A stretch of DNA of 64,000 nt from Spirosomataceae bacterium (GTDB lineage: Bacteria; Bacteroidota; Bacteroidia; Cytophagales; Spirosomataceae): positions 417,271 through 481,270 of the forward strand of contig JBKBOU010000001.1 in NCBI GenBank assembly GCA_046293395.1, in the 5' to 3' direction. The translations under genes and the position numbers were made by a program. Positions 38,615 to 46,681 of the stretch are shown one piece after another; position 1 is the stretch's first letter, and the number at the start of each line of letters is the position of its first letter. The notes beneath the pieces were generated by a model. It saw only the letters and a program-made list of their open reading frames with translations. It was not told the DNA's origin and did no database searches.

Positions 38615-40219
38615 ATGGATAAACCCGCATCAAATTCACCACGAACGCCCAAAGCTGTCCCGACAAAAAACCTGTGGCTCGACAACATCCGTTCGGAACA
38701 AGGCAAACTCCCTCCACAAGCTTTGGAAATGGAAGCTGCTGTGTTAGGCGCACTTATGATTGAAAAAGAAGCCTTGACTGCCGTGGTGGACATTTTAACT
38801 CCAGAAACTTTTTACAGAGATAGCCACCAACGCATTTACCGCGCTATCTTGCAACTCTTCTCCAAGTCTGAACCCATCGATGTTTTGACAGTCATGAATC
38901 AGTTGCTTTCCACTGGCGATTTGGAACAAGTAGGTGGTGGTCATTACCTTGCTGAGTTGACTCGAAAGGTGCAGTCCGCCTCCAATATCGAGTTTCATGC
39001 ACGCATTATCGCGCAAGCTGCCATCAAACGAGATATGATTGGTGTCGCTTCGTCGATTCTAAAAGATGCGTACGAGGATACCACGGATGTTTTCCAGTTA
39101 TTAGATAAAACAGAACAAGCATTTTTTGATATTTCTGAACGAAATGTCAAAAAAAACTACCTCGATGCTAGTTCTATCCTCAGACAAACCATTGCTGAAC
39201 TTGAATCCAAGAAAAATAACAAAGACGGACTGACCGGCGTGGCAAGTGGTTTTACTGCATTAGATAGAATAACAGGCGGTTGGCAAAATACCGAATTAGT
39301 CATTATTGCAGCACGTCCTGCCATGGGAAAAACAGCTTTTGTTGTTTCTTCCATGCGAAATGCCGCCATTGACTTCAATATGCCTGTAGCCATTTTTTCT
39401 TTGGAGATGTCTTGTAGCCAACTCATGCTTCGGATGATTTCCGCCGAAGCAGAAATTGATTCAGAAAAACTTCGAAAAGGGACTCTTGAGCCTCACGAAT
39501 GGCAACAAATGCACAAACGGCTTGACCGGCTTTCCAAAGCTCCTATATTTATCGACGATACCCCCGCGCTTTCTGTGCTGGAATTACGCGCCAAATGCCG
39601 AAGATTAAAAGCACAGCACGACATTCAACTCATTATCATAGACTATTTGCAGTTGATGTCCGGAGAAACCAGCAACAAAGGCGGAACAGGAAACCGGGAA
39701 CAGGAAATTGCATCTATTTCTCGGGCACTTAAAAATCTAGCCAAAGAACTGAATGTACCTGTCATTGCGCTTTCTCAGCTTAGCCGGGCAGTAGAAACGC
39801 GTGGAGGCGATAAAAGACCCATGCTTTCAGACTTGCGGGAATCTGGTTCTATTGAACAAGATGCTGACATGGTTATGTTTTTATACCGACCTGAATATTA
39901 CAAAATCACACAAGACGAAGACGGCAACCCAACCGAAGGCGTAGGCGAAGTCATCATCGCAAAAAATAGAAGTGGTACGGTTGACACAGTCAAGTTAAAA
40001 TTCATCGGTAAATTTACTAAATTCACTGATTTAGATGGTTTTTACAGACCCAATGCAGACACGTTTCCGTCCAATTCTTCTAGGAATCCGACAGAATCAA
40101 TTCGTGATTTTGAGCGTGCATCTCCGCCAGGTGGTGCAGTCACATTTGGAAGTAAAGCAAATAGCCGACCGGAAGAACCACTTTCTCCTCCGACTAACGA
40201 AGAAGAATATCCCTTTTAA
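38615..40219 (+). CDS. dnaB: Replicative DNA helicase DnaB with extended N- and C-terminal tails
   Basis: PPQALEMEAAVLGALM, Walker A AARPAMGKTAF, IIDYLQLM, SQLSRAVETRG, SGSIEQDADMVMFLYRPEYY. An extra ~60-aa tail ends NEEEYPF. Confidence 0.95.
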   Translation: MDKPASNSPRTPKAVPTKNLWLDNIRSEQGKLPPQALEMEAAVLGALMIEKEALTAVVDILTPETFYRDSHQRIYRAILQLFSKSEPIDVLTVMNQLLSTGDLEQVGGGHYLAELTRKVQSASNIEFHARIIAQAAIKRDMIGVASSILKDAYEDTTDVFQLLDKTEQAFFDISERNVKKNYLDASSILRQTIAELESKKNNKDGLTGVASGFTALDRITGGWQNTELVIIAARPAMGKTAFVVSSMRNAAIDFNMPVAIFSLEMSCSQLMLRMISAEAEIDSEKLRKGTLEPHEWQQMHKRLDRLSKAPIFIDDTPALSVLELRAKCRRLKAQHDIQLIIIDYLQLMSGETSNKGGTGNREQEIASISRALKNLAKELNVPVIALSQLSRAVETRGGDKRPMLSDLRESGSIEQDADMVMFLYRPEYYKITQDEDGNPTEGVGEVIIAKNRSGTVDTVKLKFIGKFTKFTDLDGFYRPNADTFPSNSSRNPTESIRDFERASPPGGAVTFGSKANSRPEEPLSPPTNEEEYPF

Positions 40220-40225
40220 AAACGA

Positions 40226-40258
40226 AAAAAGACTTGCTGGTTTAGCAAGTCTTTTTTC
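40226..40258. terminator. Bidirectional terminator (dnaB / rlmD)
   Basis: AAAAAAGACTTGCT-GGTTT-AGCAAGTCTTTTTT. Confidence 0.85.
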
Positions 40259-40277
40259 GTAAGATAACTTCATTTCA

Positions 40278-41690
40278 TTATTTACGAAGAAGGGAAACCA
40301 CATTTTCGACATGATGCGTATGTGGGAACATATCCACAGGTTGTACCTTTTGAACTTCGTATCGGTGCATTAAAAGTGCCAAATCACGTGCTTGGGTAGC
40401 CGGATTACAGCTAACATATACAATACGCTCTGGATTTGCAGCCAAAATTACGTCAATCACTTCCTTATCCATTCCAGCGCGTGGTGGGTCTGTAATGATT
40501 ACATTGGGAGCGCCGTGTTGTTGAATGAACGCTTCGGTTAATATTTTTTTCATATCACCGGCATAGAAATCCGTATTTTCAATACCATTCACGGAGGAAT
40601 TAACGAAGGCATCTTTGATTGCCTCTTCAACGTATTCAATCCCAATCACTTTACGGGCTTGTTTAGCTACAAAATTCGCGATAGTTCCTGTTCCTGTATA
40701 TAAATCGTAAACGAGATCCGTGGACTTAATTTCAGCTAAGTCACGTGTGATTTTATACAATTCGTAGGCTTGAGTTGGATTTGTTTGATAGAAAGACTTC
40801 ACACCAATACGAAAAGTGAGGTCTTCCATCACTTCTTCTATGTACGGATTTCCTGCATAACATACAGGCAATAAATCCTGATACGAATCGTTTCTTTTCG
40901 CGTTAATGAAGTAGTTTAACGAATTAATTTGAGGAAACTCAGCCAATAAAGCAGCCATGGTCTTTTCGATTTGTTCCATTTCAGGACGTGCAAATTGAAC
41001 GACGACCATAAGTTGTCCCGTAGTTGCCGTCCGAATCATGACATTTCGAAAGAAACCTTCGTGTGCAACGTGGTCATAGAAAGGCCAACCAGATGCAAGC
41101 GCGAATTTTTCTAGGAAGATACGAATGGCATTAGATGGGTCAGGCTGAAGCGAACAATGCGCAATGGGCAGAACCTTGTCAAAGCGTTTCGGTACATGAA
41201 AACCAAGGGCATCTTTGGGGAAATCAAGTGTTTGGGCAATCTCCTCGTTGGTGAGCCATCGACTATTGGAAAAAGTATATTCCAATTTATTTCGATAAAA
41301 TGTTGTGGCAGCAGAACCGACAATAGGCAAAACCTCTTGAATGGGTAAATGGCCAATACGAACGAGTTGATCATACACCTGTCTCCATTTTTGAGCAAGC
41401 TGCGTTTCGTATGAAATATGCTGCCATTTGCAACCACCACAAACGCCGAAATGAGCGCAAAAAGGCGCTACACGTTCAGGAGAGAGAGAAATGATTTTTT
41501 GAACTGTTCCTTCGGAATAATTCTTTTTCTTCTGCTTGACGAGCAAGTCCACGACATCACCTGGCGCGACAGTTTGACCATCAATAAAGATTACTTGCCC
41601 TTCGTGTTTGGCAAGGCATTTTCCTTCTGCTGCAAAATCTAGCACGGAAATGGCACTAACTACTTGTTTTTTCTGTTTTCTCATGAACAT
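40278..41690 (-). CDS. rlmD: 23S rRNA (uracil-C5)-methyltransferase RlmD/RumA family
   Basis: TRAM-like N-terminus, Fe-S cysteines CAHFGVCGGCKWQH, SAM motif DLYTGTGTI, catalytic VYVSCNPATQARD. Confidence 0.88.
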   Translation of the reverse strand: MFMRKQKKQVVSAISVLDFAAEGKCLAKHEGQVIFIDGQTVAPGDVVDLLVKQKKKNYSEGTVQKIISLSPERVAPFCAHFGVCGGCKWQHISYETQLAQKWRQVYDQLVRIGHLPIQEVLPIVGSAATTFYRNKLEYTFSNSRWLTNEEIAQTLDFPKDALGFHVPKRFDKVLPIAHCSLQPDPSNAIRIFLEKFALASGWPFYDHVAHEGFFRNVMIRTATTGQLMVVVQFARPEMEQIEKTMAALLAEFPQINSLNYFINAKRNDSYQDLLPVCYAGNPYIEEVMEDLTFRIGVKSFYQTNPTQAYELYKITRDLAEIKSTDLVYDLYTGTGTIANFVAKQARKVIGIEYVEEAIKDAFVNSSVNGIENTDFYAGDMKKILTEAFIQQHGAPNVIITDPPRAGMDKEVIDVILAANPERIVYVSCNPATQARDLALLMHRYEVQKVQPVDMFPHTHHVENVVSLLRK

Positions 41691-41782
41691 TCTTTAATCT
41701 GCAAAGTTAAAACGAAGACGACGCGGTTTCAAGAAAGTACGCGTATTTTTCCAAAACTAATATCCAACAAACCTTAAAAAAC

Positions 41783-42613
41783 ATGTTCAACGGAAAAGTA
41801 ATTATCATCACAGGAGGTTCATCGGGAATCGGGAAGGCATTGGCCTTTGAACTCGGCCGTATGGGAGGAAGTATAGTTATTACGGGCCGTAGAGAAAAGG
41901 AGTTATTTGATGTGGCACATGCGCTACAAATGGAAAATATAAGGGTATTAGCCCTTGTTTCGGACGTGAGTGTCCAATCTAGTACTAAAGATGTTGTTCA
42001 ACAGACCTTGGAACGGTTTGGACGAATTGATGTTCTGATTAATAATGCAGGTATGTCCATGCGTTCTATGTTTGAAGACGTGGATATAGATGCGACCATT
42101 CGTCGGCTGATGGATGTCAATTTCATGGGTGCTGTATATATGACGCAAGCAGCATTGCCTTACATCAAAAGAACGAAAGGATCGATTGTTGGCATATCTT
42201 CTATCGCTGGTTTCAGGGGTTTACCCGTTCGAACGGGATATTCTGCTTCAAAATTTGCGCTAAATGGTTTCTTGGAAGCACTTCGAACAGAAGTCATGCC
42301 AGTAGGAGTACATGTATTGACAGCCTGCCCAGGCTTTACGGCCTCGAATATTCGTTTTACGGCACTAGATAGCCACGGGGGAACGACGGGTTCGACGGTT
42401 CGAGACGAAGGCAATATGATGACTTCAGAAGAAGTAGCCAAACACATTGCCAAGGCTATTTTGGCTAGAAAACGCACTTTGGTACTTACAGCAGAGGGTA
42501 AATTAACAGCTTTTTTGAATAAATTTTTTCCGAAGCTAACCGACAGATTGGTTATTCGTGCATTAGCCAAAGAGAAGGACTCTCCGCTACAAGAATTGGT
42601 AAAAGAGTTATAA
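41783..42613 (+). CDS. Short-chain dehydrogenase/reductase, substrate unknown
   Basis: TGGSSGIGKA, NNAG, YSASKFAL. Confidence 0.8.
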   Translation: MFNGKVIIITGGSSGIGKALAFELGRMGGSIVITGRREKELFDVAHALQMENIRVLALVSDVSVQSSTKDVVQQTLERFGRIDVLINNAGMSMRSMFEDVDIDATIRRLMDVNFMGAVYMTQAALPYIKRTKGSIVGISSIAGFRGLPVRTGYSASKFALNGFLEALRTEVMPVGVHVLTACPGFTASNIRFTALDSHGGTTGSTVRDEGNMMTSEEVAKHIAKAILARKRTLVLTAEGKLTAFLNKFFPKLTDRLVIRALAKEKDSPLQELVKEL

Positions 42614-42616
42614 AAC

Positions 42617-42648
42617 AAAAAAGCCTGATTTGCATCAGGCTTTTTTTT
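42617..42648. terminator. Bidirectional terminator (SDR / tRNA-Lys pair)
   Basis: AAAAAAGCCTGAT-TTGC-ATCAGGCTTTTTTTT. Confidence 0.85.
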
Positions 42649-42649
42649 G

Positions 42650-42722
42650 TGATCCCGCTGGGATTCGAACCCAGGACCCATACATTAAAAGTGTATTGCT
42701 CTACCAGCTGAGCTACGGAATC
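42650..42722 (-). tRNA. tRNA-Lys (UUU), copy 1
   Basis: Reverse complement GATTCCG/TA/GCTC..GAGC/A/ATACA-CTTTTAA-TGTAT/GGGTC/CTGGG-TTCGAAT-CCCAG/CGGGATC/A. Confidence 0.92.
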
Positions 42723-42759
42723 GAACTCTTTTCCTTCTAAATAATTTCTTCTATCTTTG

Positions 42760-42832
42760 TGATCCCGCTGGGATTCGAACCCAGGACCCATACATTAAAA
42801 GTGTATTGCTCTACCAGCTGAGCTACGGAATC
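42760..42832 (-). tRNA. tRNA-Lys (UUU), copy 2 (identical)
   Basis: Same 73-nt sequence 110 nt further on, with a 37-nt spacer between copies. Confidence 0.92.
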
Positions 42833-42869
42833 TTGCATTTTTGATGTTTTTGTCTCTCAAACGCGGATG

Positions 42870-42877
42870 CAAAACTA
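42870..42877 (-). promoter_or_regulatory. Candidate -7 box (TAGTTTTG) for the tRNA-Lys pair
   Basis: The reverse complement of CAAAACTA matches TAnnTTTG about 38 nt upstream of tRNA copy 2. Confidence 0.35.
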
Positions 42878-42906
42878 TAGTTAAAAAATTACTAATCCAA
42901 ATATTT

Positions 42907-43629
42907 ATGCACTTTTTTGCAAAAAAATATCTATTTATTACGCTTTTACTCCTACAATCTATTGATAATCAGGCCATCGCAGCCAAATTTAATTTTGCAG
43001 ATTCTTTGTATAAAAAACAAGAATACGCAGAAGCCATTCAAGCCTACGAACGCATACTAGAGAATCAACAAGTTGTTCATCCAATTGTTTATCTCAAATT
43101 AGCCAATGCACAAGCAAAACAAGAAAATTTTGCAAAATCAATCTATTATTTGAATAAATATTATTTGTACTACCCCTCCGAAAAAGTTTTTGATAAGATT
43201 TTTCTCTTAGCACAAGAACAGAACTTTGAAGGATACGACCGTTCTGACCTGAATTTTTTCATCAACATTTACCAACAGTATTTTGTCTATTTGATTGCAA
43301 TATTCCTGATTTTTGGTTTGTATGTTCTCTCTGTTTTCTGGTTAAAGAAAAAAAAGAAAGAGCTTATCCCTACCCGCCACAAATGGGTTTTGGTTTTATA
43401 CCTTCTTTTTTTAATTGGTTTACTTAACATTCCACGTTTACTCAGCGAGCGCATTGTTCGAATAGAAAAAGCATACGTTCGGCAAGAACCCTCTGCGGGT
43501 AGCCAAGTAGTGAAAACACTATCCCAAGGGAACAAAATCACGATAGTTGGTACAACTGATATTTGGTGTCGCATTTTCCTTGACGGGCGACTCCACTACA
43601 TCAAGGAATCTGATTTATGGATTTTGTAA
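42907..43629 (+). CDS. TPR plus TM plus bacterial SH3 domain protein (BatE-like architecture)
   Basis: I prefer the ATG at 42907 (MHFFAKKYLF...); the ORF-track start is a TTG inside the tRNA promoter region. One TPR-like segment, two TM helices, KKKKK stop-transfer, and a C-terminal SH3b-like AYVRQEPSAGSQVVKTLSQGNKITIVG...WCRI. Confidence 0.6.
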   Translation: MHFFAKKYLFITLLLLQSIDNQAIAAKFNFADSLYKKQEYAEAIQAYERILENQQVVHPIVYLKLANAQAKQENFAKSIYYLNKYYLYYPSEKVFDKIFLLAQEQNFEGYDRSDLNFFINIYQQYFVYLIAIFLIFGLYVLSVFWLKKKKKELIPTRHKWVLVLYLLFLIGLLNIPRLLSERIVRIEKAYVRQEPSAGSQVVKTLSQGNKITIVGTTDIWCRIFLDGRLHYIKESDLWIL

Positions 43630-43669
43630 AAAAAATAATTAAAATTATTGGTTTTTTACAAACAAACAT

Positions 43670-43677
43670 TAATTTTG
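43670..43677 (+). promoter_or_regulatory. Candidate -7 box (TAATTTTG) for tRNA-Leu
   Basis: TAnnTTTG match 13 nt before the tRNA 5' end. Confidence 0.4.
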
Positions 43678-43690
43678 CAACCCAATTGAT

Positions 43691-43774
43691 GGCGTAGTGG
43701 TGGAATTGGTAGACACGCTACTTTGAGGGGGTAGTGGGCGTTAGCCTGTGCGAGTTCGAGTCTCGCCTTCGTCA
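43691..43774 (+). tRNA. tRNA-Leu (GAG), type II with long variable arm
   Basis: GGCGTAG/TG/GTG-GAATTGGTAGA-CAC/G/CTACT-TTGAGGG-GGTAG/long variable arm/GCGAG-TTCGAGT-CTCGC/CTTCGTC/A. My hand fold gives one U5.U68 mismatch. Confidence 0.88.
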
Positions 43775-43781
43775 CAAAACA

Positions 43782-43819
43782 AAAGAACGGTCATGAGCAA
43801 TCAGAGCCGTTCTTTTTTT
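43782..43819 (+). terminator. Terminator after tRNA-Leu
   Basis: AGAACGG...CCGTTCT stem followed by T7. Confidence 0.7.
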
Positions 43820-43955
43820 ATTTTAGGAGTTTATCCTTTTTCTAAATAACGTATTCTTATCACAAAAAAGAGGTAATTCACGTGTTTTTGTCGATTGTTC
43901 TATTATTTTTGAAATGAGCATTGATTTGCGCAAAACATAAACCAAAGAAAATCCA

Positions 43956-45386
43956 ATGAACAATCATTTCGAAGACTACCAATCATCTTCTTTTTTTGAT
44001 GAAATGGTAGATGAAAAAAGGCAACCGCGGCCAGGCAATGAAGTTATTTTTCAGAAATTAGCAAAGCTCAGTACGCAAATGCTCCACGAAAAACAGCGCA
44101 CAGCCGAAGCCTCTATGATCAATATGGGGATTACCTTCAATGTCTATTCAGAAGAAGGTGGAACGGAACGTATCATACCCATGGACGTCATTCCGAGGGT
44201 CATTCATACCCATGAATGGAAACAACTCGAAAAAGGATTGAAACAACGTATTTACGCGTTAAATCAGTTCTTATTAGATATTTATGGAGATCAGAAGATA
44301 TTAAAAGATAAAATCATTCCACGGGAAGTCATTGAGTCAAGCAAAGGTTTTTTGCCTCAATGTATGGGAATAAAACCCAAAAAAGACATCTATATCCATA
44401 TCACCGGTACAGACTTAATTCGGGATAATCGAGGCCAATTTCTTATCCTAGAGGATAATTTAAGGTGTCCGTCTGGAGTTTCTTACATGCTTGCGAACAG
44501 AGATATTTCTAAAAATTTGTTTGGCTCGGTTCTTCAATCCAATCGAGTACAATCCATTGCTGAATATCCTGCCAAACTTTTTGAGGTCTTGAAGTACGTA
44601 TCTGGCAAGCATGACCCAACCATTGCGGTACTTACGCCGGGCATTTATAATTCTGCCTATTATGAACATTCGTACCTTTCCCAGCAAATGGGGGTAGAAT
44701 TGGTTGATTACCGAGATCTTGTTGTTCATGATGGATATGTTAAAATGCGTACAACCAAGGGCTTTAAAATTGTGGATATGCTTTACAGAAGACTGGATGA
44801 TGTATTTTTAGACCCTCTATCGTTCAATAAACACTCTATGATTGGGGTTCCCGGCATTTTTGATGTCTATAAAAATCACAAAATTGGCTTAGCAAACGCA
44901 CTAGGAACGGGCGTTGCAGACGATAAGGTTGTCTATGCGTACGTACCCAAGATGATTGAATATTATTTGGGCGAACAGGCTATCATCCCCAATGTGGAGA
45001 CCTATTTATGCCAAAACCCAACCGATATGTCATATGTTCTGGAAAATATCCATGAATTAGTTGTAAAAGAAGCAAACGAAGCAGGTGGATACGGCATGTT
45101 AATCGGGCCAAAGTCAACGAAAGAAGAACAGCAGTTGTTCAAAGAAAAAATAAAAGAAAATCCGCGAAATTTTATCGCGCAACCGACCATTACGCTTTCT
45201 ACAAGCCCTTGTGTGATTGGGGACAACTTGGAAGGTCGCCATGTAGATTTGCGTCCTTATATTTTATATGGAGAAGATATTTATGTGACGCCCGGAGGTT
45301 TGACGCGCGTCGCATTGAAAAAAGGTTCTCTGGTCGTTAATTCATCGCAAGGTGGAGGAAGTAAAGATACGTGGGTACTTAAATAA
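43956..45386 (+). CDS. Circularly permuted type-2 ATP-grasp protein (COG2308 family)
   Basis: Strong family pattern: GITFNVYSEEGGTERIIPMDVIPRVI, LEDNLRCPSGVSYMLANR, NSAYYEHSYLSQQMGVELV, LANALGTGVADDKVVYAYVP, GGLTRVALKKGSLVVNSSQGGGSKDTWVL. Confidence 0.85.
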   Translation: MNNHFEDYQSSSFFDEMVDEKRQPRPGNEVIFQKLAKLSTQMLHEKQRTAEASMINMGITFNVYSEEGGTERIIPMDVIPRVIHTHEWKQLEKGLKQRIYALNQFLLDIYGDQKILKDKIIPREVIESSKGFLPQCMGIKPKKDIYIHITGTDLIRDNRGQFLILEDNLRCPSGVSYMLANRDISKNLFGSVLQSNRVQSIAEYPAKLFEVLKYVSGKHDPTIAVLTPGIYNSAYYEHSYLSQQMGVELVDYRDLVVHDGYVKMRTTKGFKIVDMLYRRLDDVFLDPLSFNKHSMIGVPGIFDVYKNHKIGLANALGTGVADDKVVYAYVPKMIEYYLGEQAIIPNVETYLCQNPTDMSYVLENIHELVVKEANEAGGYGMLIGPKSTKEEQQLFKEKIKENPRNFIAQPTITLSTSPCVIGDNLEGRHVDLRPYILYGEDIYVTPGGLTRVALKKGSLVVNSSQGGGSKDTWVLK

Positions 45387-45392
45387 TAAAGT

Positions 45393-46664
45393 ATGAAAAT
45401 CGTTTTTATCAATACAAATGATGCCATTGGTGGTGCCGCTATTGCTGCCAAGAGACTTCGAGATGTGCTTCTCGAAAATGGACATGAATTGCAGCTTTTG
45501 GTACATGAAAGAAACGATAAAAACGATAGATATACCACCGAATTTAATCCAACTTTTTGGGGAAAATGGAAAGCAAAAGCATCTTTTTTACTTGAAAGGT
45601 TGTACTTTTATTGCTTCGAAAAATCAAAAAAACAGCGCTTTTCGTTTTCTCCGCTGGTCTGCGGCTCTCCTATCCATACACATGAACTGGTGCAACGCGC
45701 AGATTTAGTGCATCTACATTGGGTAAATTTTGGTTTGGTAAACCCCCATCAACTCAAGCAACTCATACATGTTCCGCAACCAATTGTCATTACATTACAC
45801 GATATGTGGTGGATAACCGGCGGTTGCCACCACAGTGGGTCGTGTGAGTCATATCAATTAATTTGTGGTGATTGCGAAACATATCTTCGAAATCCGTCAT
45901 CCATCGATTTGTCTTTTCGGGAGTTTCAGCAAAAACGAAACATAATTCAAACAAAGAAAAACATAGCTGTTGTGGCATGTAGTGAATGGTTAGCACAAAG
46001 GGCAAGAAAAAGCAGTATAATGGAAGACAAACGCATTGTTGTCATTCCAAACCCATTGGATACGACTATTTTTAAGCCATTGGAGCAAACCGAATTGCGA
46101 AAAAAATATGGTTTACCGTCCCATAAAAAGTATGTAGTTGTCGCTGCGGCAAAGTTAGAAATAAGCTGGAAAGGAGTTCAACAACTCATAGAAAGTATCC
46201 AAATAGTCCAAGAAAAAGCCATTATTCCTGTCGAAATTATCGTAATTGGACAAATTGAAGCAAATACGGTAGAACAATTTGCTTTGCCCGTACATCAATT
46301 GGGTTTACTCGATTCACCCGAAAAAATGGCGGAAGCGTATAATTTAGGAGATGTTTTCGTCAGTTCTTCGTTGTTTGAAAACTTACCCAATACAATCATG
46401 GAAGCGCTCGGTTGTGGTATTCCTTGCGTTGGATTTAAAACAGGTGGCATACCCGAGATGATTCAGCACAAACAAACTGGATATCTTGCCGAATTCAAAA
46501 ATACGCAGGATTTAGCCAAAGGTATTCTCTGGACTTTGGATAGAACCGAAACAGAAAACATAGAAATCAAACAAGCTGCCCGAACGTTTGCGCTGCGCAA
46601 TTATAAAAAAGAAGTAGTTGCCCAAAAGATAGAACATCTTTATAGGCAACTACTTCTTGCTTAA
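45393..46664 (+). CDS. Glycosyltransferase, GT-B fold (family 4-like)
   Basis: Starts 6 nt after the ATP-grasp stop. N-terminal MKIVFINTNDAIGGAA, Cys cluster GGCHHSGSCESYQLICGDC, C-terminal EX7E region FENLPNTIMEALGCGIPCVGFKTGGIPEMI. Confidence 0.8.
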   Translation: MKIVFINTNDAIGGAAIAAKRLRDVLLENGHELQLLVHERNDKNDRYTTEFNPTFWGKWKAKASFLLERLYFYCFEKSKKQRFSFSPLVCGSPIHTHELVQRADLVHLHWVNFGLVNPHQLKQLIHVPQPIVITLHDMWWITGGCHHSGSCESYQLICGDCETYLRNPSSIDLSFREFQQKRNIIQTKKNIAVVACSEWLAQRARKSSIMEDKRIVVIPNPLDTTIFKPLEQTELRKKYGLPSHKKYVVVAAAKLEISWKGVQQLIESIQIVQEKAIIPVEIIVIGQIEANTVEQFALPVHQLGLLDSPEKMAEAYNLGDVFVSSSLFENLPNTIMEALGCGIPCVGFKTGGIPEMIQHKQTGYLAEFKNTQDLAKGILWTLDRTETENIEIKQAARTFALRNYKKEVVAQKIEHLYRQLLLA

Positions 46665-46681
46665 TTCTTACTTACCAACAA

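Noticed and set aside
42160-42791. ORFs 42160..42681 (-, 173 aa) and 42552..42791 (-, 79 aa), both beginning MGPGFESQRDHK.
   Set aside because: The repeated N-terminal peptide is simply the translation of the two tRNA-Lys genes. The remainder is antisense to the SDR gene.
43348-43355. An A8 tract inside the BatE-like gene as a slipped-strand phase-variation switch.
   Set aside because: The run is short, and it encodes the KKKKK positive-inside stop-transfer signal after a TM helix. There is no evidence of alternative frames.
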